Positions 28,454 through 39,255 of a stretch of DNA of 64,000 bases are shown piece after piece (within the stretch, counting starts at the first letter, position 1; every line of letters starts with the position of its first letter). The stretch comes from Zygnema circumcarinatum SAG 698-1b. Taxonomy: Eukaryota; Plantae; Zygnematophyceae. The position numbers and the translations under genes are program-made. The DNA is taken from positions 1,116,001-1,180,000 of the forward strand of contig CM074806.1 of assembly GCA_037447605.1 (NCBI GenBank). The letters run 5' to 3'. Under the pieces are notes generated by a model. That model searched no databases, was not told the origin of the DNA, and saw nothing but the letters and a program-made list of their open reading frames with translations.

Positions 28454-31400
28454 TCATAGGCGGTAGAGGGGCGTGATGCCCAGTAGGCTAAAGCACTGCC
28501 TCATCACTGTGGCAGTGGCTTCACACAGCAGCAGACGGCTCGCTTCCTCCTCGCTTCCCACCACCTGCCATCATTGGAAGCAGCAACTCTTTCTGTTACG
28601 ATTACAAGAAGACCCAAAAAACAAAACTCTCGAAAACTGCTTTTTTCGGAGCAAAAAATTCCATTGCTCAACAGCCAGTGACTCACCTGGCAGTTGGTGT
28701 AAAATGTGGTGAAGGTTTGCGAAAGGTTATACAAATATTCGCACAAGGTGTTCGGCAACAAGTCTCCTATAGCAGCTTCTACAACCTGCAAAAAACAACA
28801 GAATGTCAGGTTTTTTAGCTTAAACATAACTTGGAGGATAATCCAAGCTCATGGTAGTTTCAAGTTTTCAACCCTAAAACATTACCTCAGGGAAGCGAAC
28901 AAGGTCAATGGCCAAAGCCCGCTCGCTTGGATGCTGCAGTTGAATAACACCGCCCGCAGCAGCAGCCTGCACATGCTCCCATTGGTTTCCGTTCCGTCAG
29001 CTTCTCTGCAAGTTTCCTTATGACCCAATAAGCATGGAAGAGAGGTCGATAAGCGAGACTACCTTTTTAAGTTCCTCAATGTCTCGGTCGGACTTCCGAA
29101 TAATGGAGCAGATGCGCGCATGCGCGTAGAGAAGATAGACAGCTGTGTTCCCCTGCAGCCATGCACATGGATTCAGGCCATGGCAGTATGAAGGCAGAGC
29201 CATAAAAGACCAATGGCAGCAGGAATTTTTTTGAGATTTGAGCAGACATAAGCGGGCGTATCTTACTCTCATATCCAGCATCTGTTCAAAGTCAAATGTG
29301 TAATTGGTCAAACGGTTGTTCTTCAAATCTGCATACCTGCATTAGGAACAGAGCTCAATCAGCAATGTGCTGCTTACATCCGACGAAATAACATCAAGGG
29401 CATGGCATACTCAAGGGTGCATTTATCCTCGACTGCACTATGGGAACATATGTATCACTCACTTGACTGCACCATAGCCTAATGCTGCAGCTGCATGATT
29501 GATCTCCTCCTCTGTCCACTCCCCTTCTCGCCCTGCATAGGGTCCCCCTCAAGTACATAGATCAGCCTTCATGTCAGCGATAAAGAAGAAAGTGAGAGAG
29601 AGCAAGAGAAACACCGAAAATTCTCAAAAAACTCTTTCGTACAGGCCTGAGACTTCACCTCTCTCAACAAGGCCCTGTCGGCTGCGAGCAACTGCCTCAT
29701 CTAGGAGGTCAACAAGTCGAACAACTTCTGAACTCCGAGTTCGGAACCGTTTTCCGTCAGTGCCCAAAACGAGCCCAAAACCAACATGGCTAAGCTTGGG
29801 GTAGCTTCCGTCTCTCTTATGAAATCCTGCAAGTTCTGCAGCCTGTCCACGAGAAGTATACCCTCCTTGAAAGTTAGATTAGTCAAATAGCTGAACATGC
29901 TGTCAGGTGTTACTTCCATCAATGAATCAGAATAAGGACAAGGAATAATTGATATTGAACAGCTTAGAAGAATTTAGATAAGAAATACACGAAATTTGAG
30001 GCCGATTCACATGACGAAGGATTTTACCTCGAAGATCATTGAGAAGTGTTCCGATTGGCCCACGTCTGTTACATAGACGATCCACTCACCCTTTTCTACA
30101 TTGGTCCGATACCTGCAATGATCATTTCTTGTCAGCATTCAGTCGTCTCTCTGCCATATCTATGCTTTCAGCAAACCACGAGGAGAACGAGAGAGGAGGA
30201 TTTTGAGGTCACCAGGCACAAGCCATATCTGTAGTCGCATAGTTGAAGCCTCCATCAGACTTAATCAATATCAAAGGCAGTCCACGCTCATCCGTTTCCA
30301 CCTCCTCCATTTGCTGACCCGGACCGATTTCATCATCTAAGTCCGCGCCATCTTCCTTCATTTGCACTTTCTCTTGCGCTTTGGGCTGACTCTTCTCCTC
30401 CTTCTGATTGCCTTTCTCCTTCTTCCCGTCCTTCTTTCCTTCCTTCTTCACTTTCTTCTTGCTGGGCAAAAATATGCAACGCGCTCCCCTGCTATCCTCT
30501 ACCAGCTCTTTCTCCTCAAGCATCTTCACAACGTCGGGAATGTATGGATTGTAGAAGCTCTCCCCCTGTACCATACACAGTTAGGCTCCTTTCCCTCCGA
30601 TTCAACTCATAGCTTGAGGGGGTTTACTAGTGCAGACTTTTTCAAACAAGGGAGTCTATATGCTATGCAAAACGAAACCAACAGAGTCTTTTTCCAAGAT
30701 TGAAAAGGAAAAAAATGCACCAATTTACGGCAGCTTTATAAATCTGAAAACGAATTCCACTCTCCCTTCCTCCGTCCAAAGCTCTACTTACTCTTTCCTC
30801 AAGTCGAACCTCTAGTCGTTCATAGACCATCTGAAACTCACGCCGGCTCACGTCACAGATTCGCGCCCATGCCGCTCGGTACTTTTCCTCACCTCCCTGC
30901 CACTCTCTCGAGTTCGGAAAAGTCAAACAAAGAAGGCAAAGGCTGTGTCCTATAAGTTTCTGAAATGCCGATACTCTTTCAACACCCAGTGAAGAGCTGG
31001 TAAAAGACGACAGCTGTCCTTTTCCTGTTGCCCTCAGACCACTCCTGAGAATAGTACGGTTCTTACCTGCAGCTTCACCACTGCCTTCTGAGCCCTTTCT
31101 TTAAACTCCGGCTCAGAATCAAATCGCACCTTGGCCGCCTTGTAGAAGGCCTGCACACATGTAACAGCTGCTCTGGCACAGTCTCAGTTGTATGCTCAAC
31201 CTAAGTTTTCCCATTCAAACATGTCACCAACCAGAACCTGGGAACAAGATTGGAAGGTTTCCATGCTAAAAATTCAATGTACTTCTGCTGAAAGCGGAAA
31301 GCGCATGGGCACGAGAAGAAGGTGCTGTAATCTCCAGAAACGTCTGAAAGATGTATGCCGAAAGAGAGTAAAGCAGTGTACTACATGCAAACAGTATTGC

Positions 31401-33294
31401 CATATCGAGGTGCTGCTGCACAACTATGTGGATAACTTGGAAACTCAAGGGAGTTCTTGCAATGAGGTTCTGCGATCAACTTGGAGGCGAGACGAAGCTC
31501 AAGTTTCGAGTTGGGCGCAGGGTTTAAACATGAAAACTCAGTTTGTGCGCAGCAGTTCTGCAATTGCCCTTAAACAATGGTGACAATGGACCACCTTCCC
31601 ATCCGTAAACTCCAGCCCCAATGTACAATGTCCAAAGCCAGAAAACATATTCCTGTAGATATTCCAATCCATTGAAATCCGAGGATGCCTGCATGACCCA
31701 CCTGCAGGTCTCCGATGCCCTGATCGCCAATCTCCTCCCAATTGGGAAACTTATCAAATAGATTTTCGATAAGCATTCCAAACTGCGGCCTCCGGACCAA
31801 CACTCCCCCTTCCCCAACGCTCGTCAGACCAGGCCCTTATTACCGAAGGAATGGTAATGAAGAAGGCCTAAAAAACTTACGGTAATATGCGAGGCACTAG
31901 TGTTCAAGTGATCCCTGAGCCTTGTACTCTAGTTCAAGCATGAGGCACAGCCAAGTTCGCAGAAATGCACATAAAAGACGCACCTGAGTGCCCCAGTCAC
32001 CGACGTGGTTGCGGCGCAGCACCTCCACGTGGCAGTACTCAAGCATGCGGGATAGCGTGTCTCCAATGATGGTGGAGCGAAGATGTCCCACGTGCATTTC
32101 CTTAGCAATGTTTGGAGAAGAGAAATCCACCAATGCCCTTTTCACTGGCAAGGAGGGAGCCCACGTGTCTATACCGAAAACGAGCATTTGCTCTATTCGC
32201 TGTGAACCTCCCCACCAAGCAACAGGTGCTGAGCTTACAGGACATGCGAGCTTCAACAGAACCCCAGCAGATTGTCTCTAGTTAGTCATGCTCCTTTCAA
32301 TAACAAAACCTATCCATTTGCAGTAGTCGCTGAAAGCAGGTGACATCACGCGGAGTCTTACCTGTTGTAGCCAGGCCTGGGAAAGCACAATGTTCACAAA
32401 TCCGGGTCCTGCAATGCTGGCCTTTTCAATGACGGAAGACTGTGGAAGGCTGCTGATAATGGCCTGCAGGTATTACCGATTCAACGGGCACACCTTAAAC
32501 TGGCTTGCATAACATGTTGCATAAAGTGCAGCTTTATGCCATTTCTGTACTGAAAAGGATGTGTTAGGGAGATGCGGCGGAAAGATGAGAGAAATGTACC
32601 TGGCCAACAGCAACAGGGTTTTTGAAGGGAGTGGAGGAGCCCTTGATTTTTGCCCATATTCCCATAGCATTGTTACTGCCAACACCCGCCCACGTCGAGA
32701 AATAACACCGCATCGTCAAGCACAGCAAGTCAGGAGGACACTCTGAAGGTCAGGAATCTTGCAGCCTTTGGAAGTAAGAGGCAGAACGGGAGAATGAGAG
32801 AAGGGAAGGAGGTAGGGAGGGATGCGGACACCATTGATAGTCACCAAACTTAGGGTTGGCGCAGCTCGCTACCAAGGGCTCCAGCCCCTGAAGGTCGGGG
32901 AAGGTCGTTCCGAGCGCTTCTGCAACAAGCCCCGCCACAAGCAGCCGTACACTGCCCTCCCTGCGCCCGGCCTGCCCTACTTTTCCCCCTGCTCAGCTCC
33001 AAAGAACAGCAGAAAATTGTTGCAGTGCAGGACAGCAGACGCCATCCTCACCTTATCTTCAACCGCTTTCTCCTGCACCGTTTCCGTGGCCGCTGCCATG
33101 GCGATGGCACCCTCCTGCCGAATCCTAATTGACAGAGGTCGCCTGTACAGGAGCACAGGAACCTTCCCTAGCGAGGGCCTTGGCTGCAATTGAGAGTGGG
33201 CGGCCGGGCAATGTGATGGAAGGAGGTTCAGGCGGACGGAGGGGGGGGCCGAAAGGGGACACCTGGCGCATGCAGAGGCGCGCAGGGCGTTCAT
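28454..33294 (-). CDS. ArgRS: Arginine--tRNA ligase, multi-exon, two candidate in-frame starts (33294, 33099)
   Basis: [34 protein letters not shown] (HIGH-type motif), [48 protein letters not shown]...[39 protein letters not shown]-terminal [12 protein letters not shown]. Confidence 0.96.
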
Positions 33295-33544
33295 GGATGG
33301 GCGGAAGCTCTCTGAGGAAAGACGCAGCTTGAGGAAACCCGCCCCCTCACTCTCTCTACCGGAAACGGAGCTGCGGTGCCGTCAGTCGCTCACTAGGGCT
33401 GGGGGAGGCGCTGCGCTTGAGCTGCTTCTGTTCGCTGTCGGTAGTCCAGTTGGAGTCAACAGGACAGGACTGAACCTCCAGCCCTCACGTGCATGTGCCC
33501 ATGTGCATGCATTCATGGGTCCTTTGAGTGCATGCACAAACATT

Positions 33545-33765
33545 GCTTGCGATTTGCAAACCATTGATTCTGGATCCAACCAAATTGGATCCAATGGTTG
33601 CAGTAATTGACAATGGTTGGACGAGTTAGCCAGCCAATGGATGGTTGCAACCATAAGCAATGGTTGGGTGGGTCGAGAATCAATGGTCCAATGGTTGCAG
33701 TCATTTGCAATGGTTGGCTAGGCCACCAGCCAATGGTTTGGTTGCAAGCATTGGCAATGTGAGGT
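33545..33765. repeat. CAATGGTTG-motif array, copy 1
   Basis: At least seven CAATGG(N)TTG motifs; begins TTGCGATTTGCAAACCATTGATTCT, identical to the start of copy 2 at 37249. Confidence 0.8.
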
Positions 33766-33766
33766 G

Positions 33767-35388
33767 TTTCGCGAATCGATCATGATCCAATGGTTGCATA
33801 AGCTCCAAGTCAACGAGCGGCTTTCACTCCAGTCACACACAGTCCAGTCAGTTCACTCCAATCGTGAATTTTCTTTCATCAAATTGACTGGCCGCAGACT
33901 ACCTTTCGCCCTTCCAATAGAACCGGCTCAGGGAGAAAGGCTTCTTCTGCATGGGGAGGGGAGAAGAACAGTAAAAACTATGGGCAAAAACACATTTCAC
34001 GTTCAAGAAGGTTTTAACTTTTACACACTTTTCGGAACAAGGACAGGACAAGATCTGGCTGGCAAAACGAGCATGAACATACCAAAAAGGTGCTGCAAAA
34101 AAATCGACAGTGAGCCATACAACATGAAAAACACTTCTGTTCTTATGAAAGAAACAAAATTGAGGATAACACTAATAGACCAACGCGGCGACTGCAAAAT
34201 ATTTCTTGCGAGCGCTTTATTAAAATCTCATTTAAAAAAAAAAAAAAATGAAAAATGCTACGTGAGGCTCAACTACAATTTCAGTTCTAGTTTCAGTTCC
34301 ATTTCAGTTTGGTCAATCAGGATGGTGATTTTTTTGCTCCAACATTTATTATGTTGGCAGTTTCCATCGCTACTCCTCAGTTTCAAGTCTATTTGAAGAG
34401 TGTAACTGAACATGGAACTGGTTGGAGGACCAGCATGTTTCATATTTCATTTTTTTTTTTTTTTAAATGAGATTTCAATAAAGTGCTCGCAAGAAATATT
34501 TTGCAGTCGCCGCATTGGTCTATCAGTGTTATCCTCAATTTTGTTTCTTTCATAAGAACAGAAGTGTTTTTCTTGTTGTATGGCTCACTGTCGATTTTTT
34601 ACAGCACCTTTTTGGTAAATTCATGCTGGTTTTGCCAGCCAGATCTTGTCCTGTCCTTGTTCCGAAAAGTGTGTAAAAGTTAAAACCTTCTTGAACGTGA
34701 AATGTGTTTTTGCCCATAATTTGTACTGCTCTTCTCCCCTCCCCATGCAGAAGAAGCCTTTCAGCTTCTCCCTGAATCGATTTTAGTGGAAAGGGGAAAG
34801 AAAGTCTGCAGGCAATCAGTTCGAGAAAGAAAATCCACGACTCGAGTGAAAGTCGAAAATCCACGACTCGAGTGAAAGTCGCTCGCTGACTTAGAGCTTA
34901 TGTAGCGAAACGCTATACATGTGTTGTACGGCCTAGTACTTACATCCGCGGTTGCCTTTTAATGGTAAAGCACTTAGGTGGTTACTGGGAGGTCCTGTGT
35001 TCGAACCCTGCTTGGGGCGGGTTTGTTACATTGGTATCAGAGCCTAATTCCCGGTATTTGCGATCCACCCTAAAAACACCGTGATCTCCGAGCATGGTAC
35101 TGTTGGCCAGAGGGTCTGAACCGTACAGAGGGGGCATGTGTTGAAGGAGCTTGAATGCAGCTCGTGAAAACCCTTGAGCTGTGTGCTCGAGGACGAGCAC
35201 GGTTTAGGTGGGGAGGAATGTAGCGAAACGCTATACATGTGTTGTACGGCCTGGTACTTACATCCGCGGTTGCCTTTTAATGGTAAAGCACTTAGGTGGG
35301 TACCGGGAGGTCCTGTGTTCGAACCCTGCCAGGGGCGGGTTTGTTACAGCTTATGCAACCATTGGATCATTGATTGATTAGCGAAAAA
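33767..35388. repeat. Long palindrome P1: ~490-bp imperfect arms around a 176-bp core; right arm interrupted by a TRIM
   Basis: 33975-34257 is the reverse complement of ~34434-34720; outer ends GATCCAATGGTTGCATAAGCTC and GAGCTTA|TRIM|GCTTATGCAACCATTGGATC; core 34258-34433. Confidence 0.85.
34901..35348 (+). mobile_element. Complete TRIM (448 bp) with tRNA-like LTRs
   Basis: 130-bp LTRs 34901-35030 and 35219-35348 (TG...CA, 5 mismatches), PBS TGGTATCAGAGCC (initiator-Met type) at 35032, PPT AGGTGGGGAGGAA at 35206-35218, 5-bp TSD GCTTA on both sides. Confidence 0.95.
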
Positions 35389-35488
35389 TGATTACTCGCA
35401 AAAAATTGCCAAGGGGGGGGTGGGGGGAAGAATCGGGTGAGGGAAGTGGGGAATTAAAGGGCCTTTGGATGGATACAAGAGAGGAGTT

Positions 35489-36109
35489 GTCGCTCATGAT
35501 TTGAGAGTTCATTGCACACGAAGGAAATTGAAAGCAACGAGGATCAATCTCAATCTCATGCCTGTAGCTCTGATGTGGAGGGCCGAAACATAGGTCCCAT
35601 CCATCCAAAGCATAAGGGATTGGTGAAGGATGGTCGTAGCCTCAAGTGTCATCTCTGTCCTTGACAATTTGTAGCAATGGTTGAGTCAATGGTTGAGTCA
35701 AAGTTCTTTTTTTATTCGGTGTCTACGTGAGCCTCAATTGCAGTTTCAGTTTTAGTTTCAATTCCATTTCAATTTGGTCAACTAAGATAGTGATTTTTTG
35801 CTCCAACATTTATTATGTTTGCAGTTTCCATCGTTACTCCTCATGTTCAAAGTCTATTTGAAGAGTGTAACTGAACATGGAATTGGTTGGCTGACCAGAA
35901 TAAAAAAAGAACCTTAACTCAACCATTGCTATAAAATTGTCAAGGACAAAGATGACACTTGAGGCTACGACCATCCTTCAAAAATCCCCTATGCCTTAGA
36001 TGGATAGAACCTATGTTTCGGCCCTCCACATGAGAGCTACAGGCACGAGATTGAGCCTCGTTCCCTTCAATTTCCTTCGTGTGCAATGAACTCTCAAACC
36101 ATGAGCGAC
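35489..36109. repeat. Long palindrome P2: ~220-bp arms around a second copy of the 176-bp core
   Basis: GTCGCTCATGATTTGAGAGTTCATTGCACACGAAGG... pairs with ...CCTTCGTGTGCAATGAACTCTCAAACCATGAGCGAC; core 35723-35898. Confidence 0.85.
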
Positions 36110-36113
36110 AGCC

Positions 36114-36620
36114 GATAAATTATTTGTCGCGTGCATTGCTTGCTTTCATGTTTTGTTTTTTTGAATTTTTGGTTGTCCTTTTCCTTATTGATGGTCAACC
36201 GTGTATGGGAACAACCACACTATTATGTACAAAATCGACATAGGCAGTACAAGACACCGTATCTCGGCAAAACGAGTAGGCGAGGAGGTCTCTGGCCTCA
36301 GCTCAGGAGGAAATCCTACAAGAGTACAAATAATGAATCAAAGTTCTCACCTTCGCCACATGGGCGTGCTCTATGTAGAGCGCATCGCGCCATTTGCAAA
36401 GTTTGTCTTGTAGTGCTGAAACTATTGTTAGAGACCTCCTCGCCTGCTCATTTTGTCGAGATACGGTGTCTTGTACTTTCAAACTGCTGCCTATGTCAAT
36501 TTTGTACATAATAGCGTGGTTGTTCCCATACATGGTTGATCATCAATAAGGAAAAGGACAACCAAAAATTCAAAAAAACAGAACAAGACAGCAAGCAATG
36601 CACGTGACGAATAATTTATC
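36114..36620. repeat. Long palindrome P3: ~180-bp arms, unrelated ~140-bp loop
   Basis: GATAAATTATTTGTCGCGTGCATTGCTTGC... pairs with ...GCAAGCAATGCACGTGACGAATAATTTATC; inner arm ends GGCGAGGAGGTCTCT and AGAGACCTCCTCGCC. Confidence 0.85.
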
Positions 36621-37242
36621 AGCAATTGCTTGTCAATTGTCCTTCGACAAGTGACAATTGCTCACACGTACCTTTCCCTCGAGAAATGGCACTCTTTCCT
36701 GGAGAACCTTGATCCCACGCCGCAAGATTGGGACCTCTGCAGATTCCATAATATCCGTAAACGCTCCACTGTTTGCTGCTACACGACCCCGCTCCTCATC
36801 CAATCCATGAAGGCTTGGGGTGTCCTGCGGCAGCGATTGACGTGGGGCAAAAAAGAAGGAACGAAACGCCTGCATGGCCGCCTGAGGAGAAACACGCCTG
36901 CGCCTGCGAAAAAATATAGTCTTCTGCGGAATACAGTGCACTGAAGCGCCTCGCCTCTCCCCACCCTCTCCAAGCCTCAGCTCCCTTCCCAGCAAAGAAA
37001 GTGAACAGCAAGCCACCTTGCCTGCTCTGAAAAAGGGCAGGACCGACGAACCGTACGGTCCGTGCATTGCATTTCGTACAGTCCTTTGTGGACCCGGTTA
37101 TTCGGCGGGCCGCGCGCCTACTGTACCTCATCTTCAACTGTGGATAGGACTGTACGGATACACAGGTGCCGCCACCGCCGTGGAGGAATGGTTGCGTACG
37201 GTGCGCGGTACGTGACGTGACGTGGCTAGTGGCTAATCCCCT

Positions 37243-37364
37243 TGATGGTTGCGATTTGCAAACCATTGATTCTCAATCCAACCAACCATTGGATCCAATG
37301 GTTGAACTCATTGACAATGGTTGGCTGGGTAGCTTTCCAATGGTTGCAAACATTGGCAATCGAG
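37243..37364. repeat. CAATGGTTG-motif array, copy 2 (shorter direct repeat of 33545-33765)
   Basis: Shared start and shared end (CAA(A/G)CATTGGCAAT) with copy 1. Confidence 0.8.
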
Positions 37365-37799
37365 TGAACGTCAGTTAAACCGAACATTCCCTCGCGTAGG
37401 TTTTCGCAGTCGCGGCGCGGTCCGCGCGGCGCCCTCAGACCTCGAACCCGCGACCGCACTTCGCAAAAAGCGGCACAAACGGCACCGCGTCGTGTTGCGT
37501 GTCGCGTCACGTCACGTCACGTCACTTCCACCTCGAAGCGGCGCCGCGTCGCGACAAATTCAAAGTGTGAGCCGCCCTTCGACCGTGGTGCGGACAATTT
37601 TTTGTTGCAGCATTCGGCAACCACAGCTCGCCACGTGTGTAGAAACAACAGGCTGCGGATCAAGATCCTCGTGCGTTGCCTTTTTATAGAAATGTCTTCG
37701 AACCTTAATTATGTGAAGTGAACTGAAACGGAAACTGATCGAATACATAAGCTGTTTAATATTGTGTTCTGTTCAGTTGCGCGAGGTGCGATTTAACCA

Positions 37800-39255
37800 A
37801 TTAGAATGCACCACGTGGCCACTTTTAACACGCTGCGACACATACCCTATTTACAACAATACGTCCCGTAAAACATTCAAAACGAACGCTGTCGTACATA
37901 GAAAACGACACGTGGCAATGACAGAATGGGAGCGCGATATACCCCTTTTTCTGCGCATTCGATCCAACGAAACGCACAACCAATCAGGACGCGCGACGTG
38001 GCAACGTCAGACTCGTGGCAACTATACCCCATTTTCATTAGGGTAGTGATATTTCCACCCCTTTTTTGGATCCAAACACCCCTTCCCGGCCGGGCAGAGT
38101 TCAAAAGGGATTAAAAACAGAAAATGCTTTTTTCACACCTTTTTGGAATCGATACCCACCTTCTTCCGTCGGCTGATTTTATTTTTGCTAACCAAGGAAA
38201 ATGATACCCCGTCATCGCATTTTGAATACTGTATCCCGCCTGCCTGAATTTTTTTTTTGCGGGAAAGAAATATCTGCCTGCCCGAATCCGCTCGGAGCGG
38301 CAGATTCGTCCACCACGTAATGTGTGTCAATCGCAGCTGTCGATTCCCTCGCAAGATCACACCACTGCAGATCACCGTTCGATCTGCAGCCGGGCTCGAT
38401 CTTAGCGAATGGAAAGCGCCCACGAGTCCCGCCAAAGCCGGATCGCACGTGCGAGTGCGCGCGTCCCTCGGCCCGAGATCTCGTCATTGTTAGCTCTCAG
38501 CCAATCAACATCTGCCACGTGTTTAATTTTCGACGTGGAAAATTTTGATTGGTTTAAGATCTCAATGTACGATTTTTTGGGTTCCTCAAGTTCGACCGTA
38601 CGACATTTGTACGGACAAACGTTTGAGAGGACTTTTGGCGGGATACGTCGGCTCGTGCCATGCGCTGTGACCGAGCCCGGCTGCAGATCAAATAGTGATC
38701 TGCCGTGTTGCGATCTGCGAGGGAATCGACGGCTGCGATTGACCGCACGCGTGAAAAAAAATTCAGGTAGGCGGGATATTCAAATGGGGTGACGGGTTAT
38801 CATTTTCCTTGTTTCGCAGAAATAAAATCTGCCGATGGAGGGTGGTATCGATTCCAAAAAGGTGTGAAGAAAGCATTTTCCGTTTTTAATCCTTTTTGAA
38901 CTCTGCCCGGCCGGGAAGGGGTGTTTGGATCCAAAAAAGGGGTGGAAATATCACTACCCTTTCATTAAATCCATCTTTGACAACCTAACCGAATCCGTAC
39001 GCCACATAAAACATCAAAATCGAACGTTGTCGTACGTAGAAAACGACCCGTGGCAATGACAGAATGGGAACGCGATATACCCCATTTTCTGTGCATTCGA
39101 TCCAACGAAACGCACAACCAATCAGCACGCGCGACGTGGCAACGTCAGACTCGCGGCAACTATACCCCATTTTCATTAAATTAATCTTTGACAACATAAT
39201 CGAAGCCGTCGTACGGATCAAAACGATGACTAAGCTTTTGCCTACGGCAACGCAA
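37800..39255. repeat. ~515-bp dispersed repeat containing two ~190-bp subunits, copy 1, split by a MITE
   Basis: AATGCACCACGTGGCCACTTT...GCTTTTGCCTACGGCAACGCAAAAA recurs uninterrupted at 50170-50685. Confidence 0.8.
38041..38959. mobile_element. Foldback MITE with very long TIRs (GGGTAGTGATATTTCCACCCC...), Mutator- or hAT-like, copy 1
   Basis: Termini GGGTAGTG...CACTACCC; 8-bp TSD TTTCATTA; empty-site equivalent (CCCCATTTTCATTAAA) visible in the neighbouring subunit at ~39165; no ORF. Confidence 0.9.

Noticed and set aside
33764-34396. 210-aa ORF and the mirrored ORF at 34550-34864
   Set aside because: They lie in palindrome arms, cross an A-tract and show no recognisable domain.
34945-35015. 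Functional tRNA gene
   Set aside because: T-stem and anticodon loop are degenerate and the sequence is duplicated as part of both TRIM LTRs.
36630-37067. Overlapping 104-aa and 144-aa ORFs, possible LINE or transposase fragment
   Set aside because: No motif I can identify with confidence; a BLASTX/HMM search is needed before any call.
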